Assembly: GCA_963664705.1 (NCBI GenBank) | Contig: OY761556.1 | Location: 3,776,001 to 3,840,000 of the forward strand | DNA length: 64,000 bases | Origin: Acidobacteriota bacterium | Lineage (GTDB): Bacteria; Acidobacteriota; UBA6911 | Reading direction: 5' to 3' | Shown: positions 33,833-43,960 of the stretch, piece after piece | Numbering within the stretch: the first letter of the stretch is position 1 | Layout: each line of letters starts with the position of its first letter | Translations under genes and position numbers: made by a program | Notes under the pieces: generated by a model | The model's database searches: none | What the model saw: only the letters and a program-made list of their open reading frames with translations | Told to the model about the DNA's origin: nothing

Positions 33833-36508
33833 CTACGCCTTATAGATTTTCACCCGGACGCAGATGTCCTGGCCTAAGGTCAGAGGATCCGTGTGCGCCC
33901 CATCCATCATGACGAGATCGTTGAAAAATGCCCCTTTGCCTTTGGCAATCGGCATGTAGTTCCCCCAGTGGCCGCCAATGGCGGCAATGGCCACATGGTG
34001 CGGTTCGATTCCTTCGCTCAGCGAAACCCAGCCCTTGACCCGTTTGCCCTCCGGGTTTTCCAGCCAAACAAAGTCGCCGTCCTTGATCCCCTTCTCCTCG
34101 GCGGTCTTCCGGTGCATCTGGGTACCGTAGATATTGGGATCTTCCTGGGTGATCTCATCCAGGTACGGGTTTTGTTGCGTCATGGAATTGCACTGGGTAA
34201 CAGGGCGCCAGTAAAACGCATTCATATCGTATTCCGGCTTGTCGTGACCGTGGGTCGGACAGGGGAACCAATCCGCAAGCGCCTTAAAAACACCCCAGTT
34301 CAGATCGATGTACTTTTTCTCCGGATCGTACTCGCTGCAAATCTTGGTGATCTGTTCGCCGGCATCTATGAAATACTCGAAATAGATCGGAACCCTGGAG
34401 GGGTTGAACCACTTCCAGTACACGTCCTCCTTGCGCTTTGGCCATGTAAAGACCGCTGTCTTGCTGACGTGCTCCAATCCATGATCCGGCCCGAACCGGT
34501 CTTTCAGGAGACGATCCACAACATCCGGCCACGTATGCTCCCGGCTCCCGTCTTCACACAGTTTGTTTTCGGGACTGAACGGCCCGCCGTAGCGCATCAC
34601 CGTCATATCATTCAGCGCCTTGTAATATTTCGGCAGTATGTCAAGGCGCTTGCAGATTTCCATCAGCACCTCGTTGAAATCGCGCCGCTCATACATCGGC
34701 TTGATTGCCGGCTGCCGAATCGTCCAGCCCCAATCATCCTCCCCCTGCGGATGCGAAAACGTGGAGGGGAAGCTCACGGCAGGGGTGTATCGCTCGAGAT
34801 AGCAGGTATCCGGCAACACAATGTCGGCCACCGCTTCCTCGAATTCCGTGAGGTAGAGCTGGAAGGAAAAGATGAAGTTGAACTTCTTCAGGAAGTTCTC
34901 CGTCACGATCTCCGCATTCCCCATCGTCATAACCGAGTTGGACCCGAAATTGACCATGACGTCCGGACGGTAGCCGATTTTGAACTGGTCGAGGATGTCG
35001 AACCACTTATCATTCATGATAGTGAACGCATTGTAGATCGAGGTAGGGAACATATCGTGCAGGTCGAGTCGCGTCGGCGCTTTGGGCACTCGCAGCGGGT
35101 ACGGAACGTGGTCATAGACCCAGGCTTTTGCAACCAAAAGTCCATCTTCATCGGGGTATGGAATCTGGTAGGGCTTGCCCGTAGGCTTGTAGCCTTCGGT
35201 AACAGCCGCGCCCAAACCCATTGCGGCGCCGTAGGTATCGGCAGCGCCCAGGATGTGGTTGATCATATCAATGGAGAGACAGGTCCACCCGGAATTGACG
35301 TGCCCCTGGGAGCCTCTGAAGAAGTGCGCTGCTATCGGGCGCTTTGGAATTTTTTTCGGTCCCTGCTCCGTCTGGATCGTTACCGTAGCACCAATCTCGG
35401 CACATTCAACGATCTCTTTTCCCAGGCGGCGGATCGTGGCCGCCGGGATCCAGGTAATCTTCTCCACGTATTCGGGCGAGTACTTTTTGACGTGCTCTTT
35501 GAGGAGCTCGAACGCAGGACGGCATTTCACGCCATCAACTTCATATACTCCCAGCAAAGCCACATCATGCGCCGTGTCTTCATACTGAACACGCGTCACC
35601 GAGGGATCGTTGTGCACTTTAGGACAATTGTCCACCAGGTCCCAAACCAGCGGCTTATTGGTGGCTTTGTCCCGCATATATCGGCCATCCGAGGGCCGGA
35701 CCAGATAGGGCCCGTTTGTCTTGTACTTAAGGTATTCGTCATCCCAGACTCCAAGTTCGTTCAGAAATACATTCACGAACCCGAGAGCAAGCGCTCCGTC
35801 GGTACCGACACGGATCGGCACCCATTCATGCGCCTTGGACGCCTGCGGACTCTGCATAGGATCGAATGTGATCGTCCTGGCTCCGCGCGCCCGCGCGTCA
35901 GCGGCCTGCTGGGCATTCTGGATGGCGGTATGCCCGGCGCCATGCCCTTTCGAACAGCCGAAATTCAAGGGCAGGTTGCAGTGTGCGAAATCGGGAATGA
36001 TTGACCAGGCGACGTGCATGATGCCGTTCATGAAATGGGCGCCGTTTCCGCAGTGCAGCCCTCCTCCGGACACCCAGTAGTTGGGCGTTCCGAAAGCCTT
36101 GTTGAACGCGGTGACCGCATACCGGATCTCGGAAGCTTGTGTTGTCGTGGCCTGGAAGTAGGCGCCGCGCGAATCCCGCTCGTGGCATTCCTTCAGTTTC
36201 TTGACAATGGTATCAAGCGCTTCTTCCCAAGTGATCCTCACGAATTTCGGATCAACGCCGAGACCTTTCTGCGGGTTGGTTCGTTTCAGGGGATAGTTTA
36301 CGCGATACGGATCGTACAGCAGGTGTGTCCCGGCCAGACCCTTGACGCAGATTTTGCCCCGGCCCGTGGGAGCCTCCGGATTTCCTTCAATCTCCGTAAC
36401 CACTCCGTTCTGCCGATGAACACGGATACCGCACATGCAGTAGCACTGGCCGCAACATGTCGGAATCCAAACATCCTCCTGAACGCTAGACGCTTGTGTA
36501 GCAGCCAT
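33833..36508 (-). CDS. Molybdopterin (DMSO-reductase family) oxidoreductase catalytic subunit, phenylacetyl-CoA:acceptor oxidoreductase (PadB)-like
   Basis: N-terminal CxxCxxxC...C FS0 motif, YDPYRV.YPLKRTNP.KG, ADIVLPD..YLER, candidate Cys ligand in GLHCGNG; no Tat signal. PadB-likeness is from recall and context. Confidence 0.85.
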   Translation of the reverse strand: MAATQASSVQEDVWIPTCCGQCYCMCGIRVHRQNGVVTEIEGNPEAPTGRGKICVKGLAGTHLLYDPYRVNYPLKRTNPQKGLGVDPKFVRITWEEALDTIVKKLKECHERDSRGAYFQATTTQASEIRYAVTAFNKAFGTPNYWVSGGGLHCGNGAHFMNGIMHVAWSIIPDFAHCNLPLNFGCSKGHGAGHTAIQNAQQAADARARGARTITFDPMQSPQASKAHEWVPIRVGTDGALALGFVNVFLNELGVWDDEYLKYKTNGPYLVRPSDGRYMRDKATNKPLVWDLVDNCPKVHNDPSVTRVQYEDTAHDVALLGVYEVDGVKCRPAFELLKEHVKKYSPEYVEKITWIPAATIRRLGKEIVECAEIGATVTIQTEQGPKKIPKRPIAAHFFRGSQGHVNSGWTCLSIDMINHILGAADTYGAAMGLGAAVTEGYKPTGKPYQIPYPDEDGLLVAKAWVYDHVPYPLRVPKAPTRLDLHDMFPTSIYNAFTIMNDKWFDILDQFKIGYRPDVMVNFGSNSVMTMGNAEIVTENFLKKFNFIFSFQLYLTEFEEAVADIVLPDTCYLERYTPAVSFPSTFSHPQGEDDWGWTIRQPAIKPMYERRDFNEVLMEICKRLDILPKYYKALNDMTVMRYGGPFSPENKLCEDGSREHTWPDVVDRLLKDRFGPDHGLEHVSKTAVFTWPKRKEDVYWKWFNPSRVPIYFEYFIDAGEQITKICSEYDPEKKYIDLNWGVFKALADWFPCPTHGHDKPEYDMNAFYWRPVTQCNSMTQQNPYLDEITQEDPNIYGTQMHRKTAEEKGIKDGDFVWLENPEGKRVKGWVSLSEGIEPHHVAIAAIGGHWGNYMPIAKGKGAFFNDLVMMDGAHTDPLTLGQDICVRVKIYKA

Positions 36509-36546
36509 CTAAGTGTCCTTTCCTTGATGAATTTGCGCCGAAGGCG

Positions 36547-36634
36547 CCTTGGAGTGCGGCAGCAAGCTGCCGCCTTTCAACAGTGCTTTATCGCACACAT
36601 TACTAAAGCTCAAGCAAGCCTGCACACTCCAAGG
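36547..36634. repeat. REP-like doublet (family C, TTGGAGTGCGGCAGCAAGCTGCCGC)
   Basis: ccttggagtgcggcagcaagctgccgccttt ... aaagctcaagcaagcctgcacactccaagg. Confidence 0.85.
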
Positions 36635-36663
36635 GTTCCGCCGCAGATAAAAATGAAACATCC

Positions 36664-37857
36664 CTAAATCACTCCATCTGATTTCAGCTCTTCAATCTGC
36701 CTGCCGCTAAAGCCCAAAACATCAGCAAGAATCTCCCGCGTGTGCTCCCCCAAAACAGGCGGAGGGATGCGAACAGTCGCTTTCGATTCCGAATACTTGA
36801 CCGGAATGCCTACCAGCCTGATCTTTCCGGCTTTCGGATGATCCATTTCCACCAGCATATTCCTATGAAGCACCTGTGGATTCTGAAACACCTCGTCCAT
36901 CGTATTGATCGGAGCGCACGGGACTGCATCCTCGTTCAATAACTGAACCCATTCATCGCGAGGGCGTGTCTTCATGATAGGAGCGATGATCCCGATGCAC
37001 TCCTTGCGATTCCTGACACGCAGCGGATTCGTCTTGAATCGTGGATCATCAATCAATTCCGGCATTCCGATGATTTTGCAAAATCGGCTCCAGAGCTGGT
37101 CATTCCCAACGGCAACAATCACGTACTTATCTTTGGTTTCAAACCCCTGATACGGGACAATGGTTTCGTGCGCTGTCCCCCAGCGCCTGGGGATATCCCC
37201 GGAAACCAGATAGGAGCTTGCAATATTCACCAGCGCCGCGACCTGCGTCTCCAACAGCGACAAATCAACCCGTTGGCCCTTCCCTGTTTTTTCGCGCGCA
37301 TACAGAGCCGCGCAGATGGCGCCTTGTGCGGAAATACCCGTGGTAACGTCCGTGATCGCTACCCCCACTTTAACCGGGGGCCCCTCGGGCTCGCCTGTAA
37401 TACCCATAAGGCCGCCAAACGCAGACACAGCCAGATCGTAGCCTGCACGGTTACTAAAGGGACCATCGGGCCCGAAGCCGGTGATGGAACAGTAAATGAT
37501 GCGTGGGTTGATCGCGCTCAGCGTCTCATATCCGATGCCGAGCCCATCCATGGTTCCCGGAGTGAAGTTCTCGATGACGACATCGGATTTGAGGACAAGC
37601 GATTTCACGATCGCAATGCCCTCAGCCTTTTTCATGTCTATGGTGATGCTGCGCTTATTGCGATTGACACAGAGGAAATAGGCGCTTTCTCCAGGCGCTG
37701 CGAACGGCGGCCCCCAATGGCGAGTCTCATCGCCGACACCAGGGCGTTCGACCTTGATGACATCCGCACCAAGATCCCCCAGAATCATTGAACAATACGG
37801 TCCCGCCAACACCCTGGAAAGATCAAGCACTCGAATATCACTAAGCGGACCATTCAT
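36664..37857 (-). CDS. Family III (CaiB/BaiF) CoA-transferase
   Basis: RVLDLSRVLAGPY, DLGADVIKVERP..GD and NRNKRSI motifs. Confidence 0.92.
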   Translation of the reverse strand: MNGPLSDIRVLDLSRVLAGPYCSMILGDLGADVIKVERPGVGDETRHWGPPFAAPGESAYFLCVNRNKRSITIDMKKAEGIAIVKSLVLKSDVVIENFTPGTMDGLGIGYETLSAINPRIIYCSITGFGPDGPFSNRAGYDLAVSAFGGLMGITGEPEGPPVKVGVAITDVTTGISAQGAICAALYAREKTGKGQRVDLSLLETQVAALVNIASSYLVSGDIPRRWGTAHETIVPYQGFETKDKYVIVAVGNDQLWSRFCKIIGMPELIDDPRFKTNPLRVRNRKECIGIIAPIMKTRPRDEWVQLLNEDAVPCAPINTMDEVFQNPQVLHRNMLVEMDHPKAGKIRLVGIPVKYSESKATVRIPPPVLGEHTREILADVLGFSGRQIEELKSDGVI

Positions 37858-37871
37858 ATAGACACCGAAGT

Positions 37872-37960
37872 AATTTCAGATTCCAGATTTCAGATTTTCG
37901 ATTCGAGATTTCACAAATTCAGATCAGGAATCCGGAATCGGGAATCTGAAATCTGGAATT
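37872..37960. repeat. 7-bp-period inverted repeat (family B)
   Basis: aatttcagattccagatttcagattttcgattcgagatt ... ggaatccggaatcgggaatctgaaatctggaatt. Confidence 0.85.
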
Positions 37961-37965
37961 TATAT

Positions 37966-39168
37966 TCAGACTCTCTCCACAATTGTTGCGATGCCCTGGC
38001 CAACGCCGATGCACATTGAGACCAGACCATAGCGGGCACCTCGACGCCTCATCTCGTGGACAAGCGTTGTAAAGATCCGTGCTCCCGTGGACCCCAATGG
38101 ATGCCCAATCGCAATGGCCCCACCGTTGACATTTACTTTCGCCGGATCAAGCCCAAGTTCACGGATGCAAGGGATCGACTGGGCTGCAAACGCTTCATTC
38201 AGCTCAACCAGATCAATATCCCCAATCTTCAATCCCGCGCGCTCAAGCGCCTTGCGCGTCGCCGGCACCGGTCCCATGCCCATAAAGGATGGATGAACGC
38301 CTGCCACCGCGCTGGCAACAACGCGGACGATCGGGGCATACCCAAGTTCCCGGGCTGTCTGTGCATCCATCAACAGCACTGCGGCGGCGCCATCGTTCAC
38401 GCCACTTGCATTGCCGGCTGTGACAGTCCCGTCCTTTTTGAATGCAGGCGGCAGTTTCGCCAATTGCTCGATGGTGACATCAGGCCGCGGATGCTCATCC
38501 CGGTCAACCAGGATAACCTCGCCCTTCTTGGCTCCCTTTGTCGGAACATTGACAATCTCATCTTTGAACCTGCCGGCAGTAAAAGCCGCACCCCATTTCT
38601 GCTGGGTTTTAAGGGCAAACTCGTCCTGTTCCTGCCTAGTAATGCCGTACTTCGCAGCAACGTTCTCCGCCGTCTCACCCATCCCTTCGATTCCATATTT
38701 CTCTTTCATCTTCGGATTCACGAAACGCCAGCCAATGGTCGAATCATAAACTGCGGCATCACGGGAGAATGCAGAGTCGGCCTTGGGGAAGACAAAAGGC
38801 GAGCGGGTCATGGACTCTGTGCCGCCGGCAATAAACACGTTCCCTTCGCCAACCTTGATCGCCTGCGCGGCGCTATTGATTGCATTCAGCGCCGATCCGC
38901 ACAAACGGTTGATGGTCTGGCCTCCCACCTCAACAGGATATCCGGCCAACAACAGGGCCATCCGCCCAACATTCCGGTTGTCATCGCCAGCCTGATTCGA
39001 GCATCCAAAGATCACATCCTCAACTTTGTTGGGATCGAGATTATTGCGCTTGGTAATTTCCGCTATGCAGAGTGCCGCGAGATCATCGGAGCGGACATCC
39101 TTGAGTACGCCGCCATATTTCCCTACGGGTGTGCGAACTGCATCGACAACAACAGCGTCCTTCATCAC
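37966..39168 (-). CDS. Thiolase (3-oxoadipyl/3-oxopimeloyl-CoA thiolase-like)
   Basis: [32 protein letters not shown] and CIGVGQG motifs. Confidence 0.92.
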   Translation of the reverse strand: MMKDAVVVDAVRTPVGKYGGVLKDVRSDDLAALCIAEITKRNNLDPNKVEDVIFGCSNQAGDDNRNVGRMALLLAGYPVEVGGQTINRLCGSALNAINSAAQAIKVGEGNVFIAGGTESMTRSPFVFPKADSAFSRDAAVYDSTIGWRFVNPKMKEKYGIEGMGETAENVAAKYGITRQEQDEFALKTQQKWGAAFTAGRFKDEIVNVPTKGAKKGEVILVDRDEHPRPDVTIEQLAKLPPAFKKDGTVTAGNASGVNDGAAAVLLMDAQTARELGYAPIVRVVASAVAGVHPSFMGMGPVPATRKALERAGLKIGDIDLVELNEAFAAQSIPCIRELGLDPAKVNVNGGAIAIGHPLGSTGARIFTTLVHEMRRRGARYGLVSMCIGVGQGIATIVERV

Positions 39169-39191
39169 ATCCTCCTGTCCCAGCCAATTGG

Positions 39192-39293
39192 CCGGAGCGC
39201 CGGCGTCTCGCCGGCATCACATTTCGTTTACTGCATGCGCGTTCGATCAGCCTTCACAAATCTCCGTGCCACCGGGAGTGCCGACGTGCCGGC
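39192..39293. repeat. Two REP-like copies (family D)
   Basis: ccggagcgccggcgtctcgccggca (39192) and ccgggagtgccgacgtgccggc (39272). Confidence 0.6.
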
Positions 39294-40081
39294 TAGATGT
39301 ATTGTCCACCGTCGACCTTGATCACTTCGCCCGTGATGTGCCGCGCCTTTTCGGTGCAAAGGAACGTCACCACAAACGCGACCTCTTCCGGAGTTCCCAT
39401 TCTTCCGAGCACGATTTCAGCCATGGCTTTCTGCCGCACGTCCTCGGGAGCCTGCTTGACCATATCTGTTTCAATTAGCCCCGGAGCGACCGCATTACAG
39501 TTCACATTTGACTTTGCCAACTCGCGCGCAACAGTCTTGGTAAGTCCTATGATCCCAGCCTTGGCCGCTGTGTAATTGGCCTGGCCGAACTTGCCGCGCA
39601 ATCCGTTGATCGACGTCACATTCACGATCTTGCCGCTCCCCTGCTCCTTGAACAGCGGCGCCACCGCGCGGATATAGTTGAAGTAGCCCTTGAGGTTGAT
39701 ATCCAGCGCCTCATCCCACTGTTCTTCCGTCATCTTCCAGATCACCGCATCGCGGTTGACTCCGGCGTTATTGACGAGAATGTCGACGCGGCCGAATTCT
39801 TTCAGAACGCTGGCCACCATCGCCTGGGCATCCGCGAAACTGGCAACATCGGCGCGCACTGCCAATCCCCGGCGTCCCATGGCCGCGACCTGTTCGCAGA
39901 TTGCACGCGCCTCCGCATCGTGTTTGCGGTAGTTGATGGCAACGTTGGCGCCGTTTTTGGCAAAATCGAGTGCGCATGCGCTGCCGATTCCGAGACTTGC
40001 CCCTGTGACGATTGCTACCTTTCCATCAAGTTCCACGGGTTTACCCTCCAGAAATTTGGTCCTTTCCGCGGGATCTGCCAT
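39293..40081 (-). CDS. SDR oxidoreductase (3-oxoacyl/3-hydroxyacyl-CoA dehydrogenase, FabG-like)
   Basis: TGASLGIG, LVNNAG and YTAAK motifs. Confidence 0.9.
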   Translation of the reverse strand: MADPAERTKFLEGKPVELDGKVAIVTGASLGIGSACALDFAKNGANVAINYRKHDAEARAICEQVAAMGRRGLAVRADVASFADAQAMVASVLKEFGRVDILVNNAGVNRDAVIWKMTEEQWDEALDINLKGYFNYIRAVAPLFKEQGSGKIVNVTSINGLRGKFGQANYTAAKAGIIGLTKTVARELAKSNVNCNAVAPGLIETDMVKQAPEDVRQKAMAEIVLGRMGTPEEVAFVVTFLCTEKARHITGEVIKVDGGQYI

Positions 40082-40090
40082 GTTCAGCAG

Positions 40091-40684
40091 TCATTCGCGG
40101 TTAAACGAAGCCAATGCTTCCGTCAATACATAGGCCGCCTGTAAAGCCGACGTCGGGCAGAGAGGAAAACACTCTTTACAGTTCCAGCATTCCTTCGCTG
40201 CCAGTTCCGGAATGAAGCTGATAGATCGATGCGCGCCCCTGTCCACAAACCCAATCGCATCCAACCGCTTCACTTCGGTGCAGTAGCGGACGCAAAGCCC
40301 GCACAGAACACAGAACGACGCCTCCTTCTCGAAACGATTCCTGTCTGCCCCATATTCCTGAGCAAGGCTGACCAATTCGGCCGAATCCGGCGCATGCGCC
40401 ATCAACTCCTCCAGCAGAACCCGGCGGATCCGGTTCACTTTTTCCGATCTCGTTCGAATCACGAATCCGTTCTCCACCGGACGGACGCAGGCTGCAACAT
40501 AGTTGATGCGCCCGTTTACTTCCGCTTCCACCGTGCAGACACGGCAGGCCCCATAAGCTTCCAGCTTTTCGTGATGACACAGTGTCGGAATGGAAATCCC
40601 AGCTTCGCGGGCAGCATCAAGAATTGTCATCCCATCTTTAGCCCGGATTTCTTTCCCATCAATCGTTATGAAGATATCGTTCAC
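40091..40684 (-). CDS. bamI: Class II benzoyl-CoA reductase subunit I (2Fe-2S/4Fe-4S, NuoG N-terminus-like)
   Basis: IPTLCHH...GACRVC..E, CVLCGLCVRYC and CWNCKEC...CPT; position after bamH. Confidence 0.8.
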   Translation of the reverse strand: MNDIFITIDGKEIRAKDGMTILDAAREAGISIPTLCHHEKLEAYGACRVCTVEAEVNGRINYVAACVRPVENGFVIRTRSEKVNRIRRVLLEELMAHAPDSAELVSLAQEYGADRNRFEKEASFCVLCGLCVRYCTEVKRLDAIGFVDRGAHRSISFIPELAAKECWNCKECFPLCPTSALQAAYVLTEALASFNRE

Positions 40685-42609
40685 GGCCGTGTCTCCCTGG
40701 CCAGCATCCTGGCCTCTTCATGAATGGGAGGAGGAACCGGCTCGCCGGATAAACGACGGACCGCACCGAAACGCGACGGGCAGACCTCAAAGCAGGTCCC
40801 ACAGCTGTTGCATTTTCCCTGGTCAATCACGTGAATCTGGTTTTTACCGCCGCCAATCGCCTGCGTCGGACATTTCCTGAGGCAGATCATGCAGGCCTTG
40901 CACTTCTCCGGATCAATGCAATAGGAAACCAGCTGCTTGCAGACAAACGCCGGGCATTTTTTCCCCTTGATGTGCGCGTCGTATTCGTCGCGGAAATAGC
41001 GAATCGTGCTCAGCACCGGGTTCGGAGCGCTTCCGCCCAGCGCGCACATCGATGCCAGCTTTGTTGTCTCAGCCAGATCCTCCAGAAGCTCAACATCCCC
41101 TTCTTTGCCCTTCCCCTGGCTGATGTTCGTTAAAATTTTGAGCATCTGCCGGATGCCTTCCCGGCACGGCGTGCATTTGCCGCACGATTCCTCGGCTAGA
41201 AAATCCAAAAAATACCTGGCGACATCAATCATGCAGGTATCTTCATCCATCACGATCATGCCGCCCGATCCCATGATGGCGCCCACTTTTGCCAGCTCAT
41301 CAAAATCAACCCCGATATCGAGGAATTGTTCGGGAATGCAACCACCGGAGGGGCCGCCGGTCTGCACCGCCTTGAACTTCTTTCCTTTGGGGATACCACC
41401 GCCTACCCTGTAAATGATGTCCCTCAGAGTAATCCCCATAGGTACTTCGACGAGGCCGGTATTGTTTACCTTGCCGACGAGCGAGAATATTTTCGTCCCC
41501 TTGCTCCGGCCTGTTCCGATCGATGCAAGAAACTCCGGACCATTGTTGATAATCAGCGGAATATTGGCCCATGTTTCAACATTGTTGATATTGGTGGGTT
41601 TTCCGTGGAGTCCTCTTACGGCAGGGAATGGCGGCCGGGGACGAGGTTCGCCTGGCTTTCCTTCAAGCGACATGAGAAGCGCCGTCTCTTCACCGCAGAC
41701 AAACGCCCCTGCCCCCCGATGCACATGAACAGAAAAATTAAAGCCGCTGCCGAGAATATTCTCTCCAAGCAAGCCATACTCTTTGGCTTGCTTAATGGCA
41801 ATCGTGACATTCTCAACGGCTAGCGGGTATTCCTGTCGAACATAAATGTAGCCTTCATTGGCGCCGATGGCATACGCGCCAATTGTGAGGCCCTCCAGAA
41901 CCGCATGCGGATTTCCTTCAAGCAGCGCCCTATCCATGAACGCGCCCGGATCACCCTCGTCCGCATTCACTACAACGTACTTGATGTCACCCGCACTCTT
42001 GCGGGCAAATTCCCACTTCAACCCGGACGGAAATCCGGCACCACCGCGGCCACGCAATCCGGATGACTTTACCCCTTCAATTATTTGCTCCGGCGTCATT
42101 TGAAATAAGGCTTCCATCAACGCGGAATAGCCGCCGACCGCGAAATAGCTGTCGATACTTTTGGGATCAAGTTTGATGTTGTTTCCGAGGAGAAGCCGCC
42201 GTTGATATTTGTAAAAAGGAATTTCTGATTCCTGAACCGACTTTTCGCTGGTAATGGGATCCACATAGAGCAGTCGATCGATGACCTTCCTGTTTACAAT
42301 CGTTTCAGATACGATTTCTGCCGCATCCCTGGCCTGCGCCTGTACATAACAGGTCTCCTCAGGGTAAATCACCATGATGGGCCCGCGTTCACAGAAGCCC
42401 GGGCAGCCCGTTTCCCGAAGATCGACAACCTCCGTATTCAATCCCTTCTTTCTGATCTCACCTCTCAGGGCTGTGACAAGTGCAGTGGCACCCAACGCAA
42501 TGCAGCCGGTTCCAGTACACACGGCAATACAAGCCTTTTGCGGATTGTCTCTGGCGATTAGCTCTTTCCGGAACTCTTCCAGTTCATCGGGCGTATTCAG
42601 CCTTGGCAT
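40681..42609 (-). CDS. bamH: Class II benzoyl-CoA reductase subunit H (NuoF-like NADH/FMN-binding)
   Basis: SGLRGRGGAGFP, NADEGDPGAFMDR, GAGAFVCGEETAL, ESCGKCTPCREG and a C-terminal 2x4Fe-4S domain. Confidence 0.85.
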   Translation of the reverse strand: MPRLNTPDELEEFRKELIARDNPQKACIAVCTGTGCIALGATALVTALRGEIRKKGLNTEVVDLRETGCPGFCERGPIMVIYPEETCYVQAQARDAAEIVSETIVNRKVIDRLLYVDPITSEKSVQESEIPFYKYQRRLLLGNNIKLDPKSIDSYFAVGGYSALMEALFQMTPEQIIEGVKSSGLRGRGGAGFPSGLKWEFARKSAGDIKYVVVNADEGDPGAFMDRALLEGNPHAVLEGLTIGAYAIGANEGYIYVRQEYPLAVENVTIAIKQAKEYGLLGENILGSGFNFSVHVHRGAGAFVCGEETALLMSLEGKPGEPRPRPPFPAVRGLHGKPTNINNVETWANIPLIINNGPEFLASIGTGRSKGTKIFSLVGKVNNTGLVEVPMGITLRDIIYRVGGGIPKGKKFKAVQTGGPSGGCIPEQFLDIGVDFDELAKVGAIMGSGGMIVMDEDTCMIDVARYFLDFLAEESCGKCTPCREGIRQMLKILTNISQGKGKEGDVELLEDLAETTKLASMCALGGSAPNPVLSTIRYFRDEYDAHIKGKKCPAFVCKQLVSYCIDPEKCKACMICLRKCPTQAIGGGKNQIHVIDQGKCNSCGTCFEVCPSRFGAVRRLSGEPVPPPIHEEARMLARETRP

Positions 42610-42618
42610 ACACAATCC

Positions 42619-43071
42619 TTACTCGTAATGTTTCAGCACCTCTTGAGAGCTCGACGGGGACATCTTTCCGTGATAGTCACCATCGATTACCATCACAGGC
42701 CCCAGTGCGCAGCAACCGACACAGCCCACAGTCTCCAGGCTAAAACGATATTCGGAGTCCGTTTCTCCTGGGCCGACTCCGATCAGATCCTGCACGGAAT
42801 CGAGCAGCCGCGCCGCGCCACGCACGTGGCAGGCTGTACCCGTGCACACATGAATTTCATGGCGGCCTTTCGGGACGAGGCTGAAAGCCTTATAAAAGGT
42901 CACAATGTGCTGAATCCGGCTGAGCGGCACTTTGAGCCTAAGGCTGACCTTTTCAATAGCCTCGTCTGGAAGCCATCGATTCTCGCGTTGAATCTCGAGG
43001 AGAATCTGGATGAGCGAACCGGAATCGTCCGGATACTTCCCGATAATTTCCTCAATCCTTGCGTTGTCCAT
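42619..43071 (-). CDS. bamG: Class II benzoyl-CoA reductase subunit G (NuoE-like 2Fe-2S)
   Basis: VTFYKAF, CTGTACH and CVGCCALGP. Confidence 0.85.
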   Translation of the reverse strand: MDNARIEEIIGKYPDDSGSLIQILLEIQRENRWLPDEAIEKVSLRLKVPLSRIQHIVTFYKAFSLVPKGRHEIHVCTGTACHVRGAARLLDSVQDLIGVGPGETDSEYRFSLETVGCVGCCALGPVMVIDGDYHGKMSPSSSQEVLKHYE

Positions 43072-43081
43072 ATGTCCTGTT

Positions 43082-43167
43082 ATTTAGATTTCAAATTTCA
43101 GATTACGGATTTCAGATTTCAGATGAAGACCTGTTGATCTGAAATCTGAAGTCTGGAATCGTGAATC
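43082..43167. repeat. 7-bp-period inverted repeat (family B) overlapping the 3' end of bamF
   Basis: atttagatttcaaatttcagattacggatttcagatttcagat ... atctgaaatctgaagtctggaatcgtgaatc. Confidence 0.85.
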
Positions 43168-43918
43168 GCTTTTGGCTCTCGTCAAATTTCGTCAGGCCCT
43201 GCCTCGCGGAATTATTCAAATGCCTCGCAACAACCGGGGCAGGCATCCCCAGAATTCCCGAAAGCTCTCCAGTCGATCGTGGTTGCTCTTTCAGGAGGGC
43301 TAGGATCTCGGCAATCGTCAGTTTCTCTGCAATGAGTTCCTCGAAGAGCCGCATCACCCCTTCACTGCCGAAGTAGGCCTCATACTCTTCCGCTGAGTTG
43401 CAGCGCGTCCGCAGACGTTCCCTCTCCACCAACCGAATGTATGGAATCAATTTCGTAATTGCTTCCAGCTTGAACCGCAGTGCTCCCTTTTCAATTCCTT
43501 CGCCAGCCCCGATGGGTCCCAACTCGCGCAGCGTCCTTGAAAAGTCATTCATGACTTCAGCGAACCGGATCCCCTCGCCGGCAGAAACCTGTTCAATCCT
43601 CAGTCGTTCAGGATTGAGCCCGATGAGCCCGAGCATCTTCTTGCAAATCTGCACCATCGCATATGCGTGGTGATTGCCATCGGTGATGTAGTGGCACTCG
43701 TTCAGGTGACACCCGCCAATGAATACACCGTCCGATCCATTGGAGAAGGCACGGAAGACAAATGCCAGATCGACACGTCCGCTGCACATGACCCGGATCA
43801 GTTTGATATCGGTTGCGTATTGTTGTCTGGAGACTCCAGCGAGATCGGCAGCGCCGTACGCTCACCAGTTACATACGAAACCAATAACCCTTGGTTTAAA
43901 ATTGGCCTCTGCTCTCAT
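43112..43918 (-). CDS. bamF: Class II benzoyl-CoA reductase subunit F (MvhD-like selenoprotein; in-frame UGA at 43862-43864)
   Basis: ATG at 43918 reads MRAEANFKPRVIGFVCNW-UGA-AYGAADLAGVSRQQY...IRVMCSGRVD, in frame with ORF 43112-43789; UGA sits at the conserved Cys of the MvhD CNWC motif. Confidence 0.9.
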
Positions 43919-43960
43919 TTTGGCCCCTCACTTAACATTTCACGTTGGACGTTGGAACGC

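Noticed and set aside
33893-36004. 703-aa plus-strand ORF
   Set aside because: Antisense shadow of the molybdopterin oxidoreductase. The same applies to 23516-24493, 38056-39321, 49201-50232 and 55535-56842.
40091-43071. Respiratory complex I nuoEFG or an [FeFe]-hydrogenase operon
   Set aside because: No membrane nuo genes and no H-cluster domain; position after bamB-F identifies them as bamGHI.
43608-43865. Separate 85-aa ORF suggesting a frameshift in bamF
   Set aside because: The true N-terminus is in frame with 43112-43789 through a UGA codon; no frameshift is needed.
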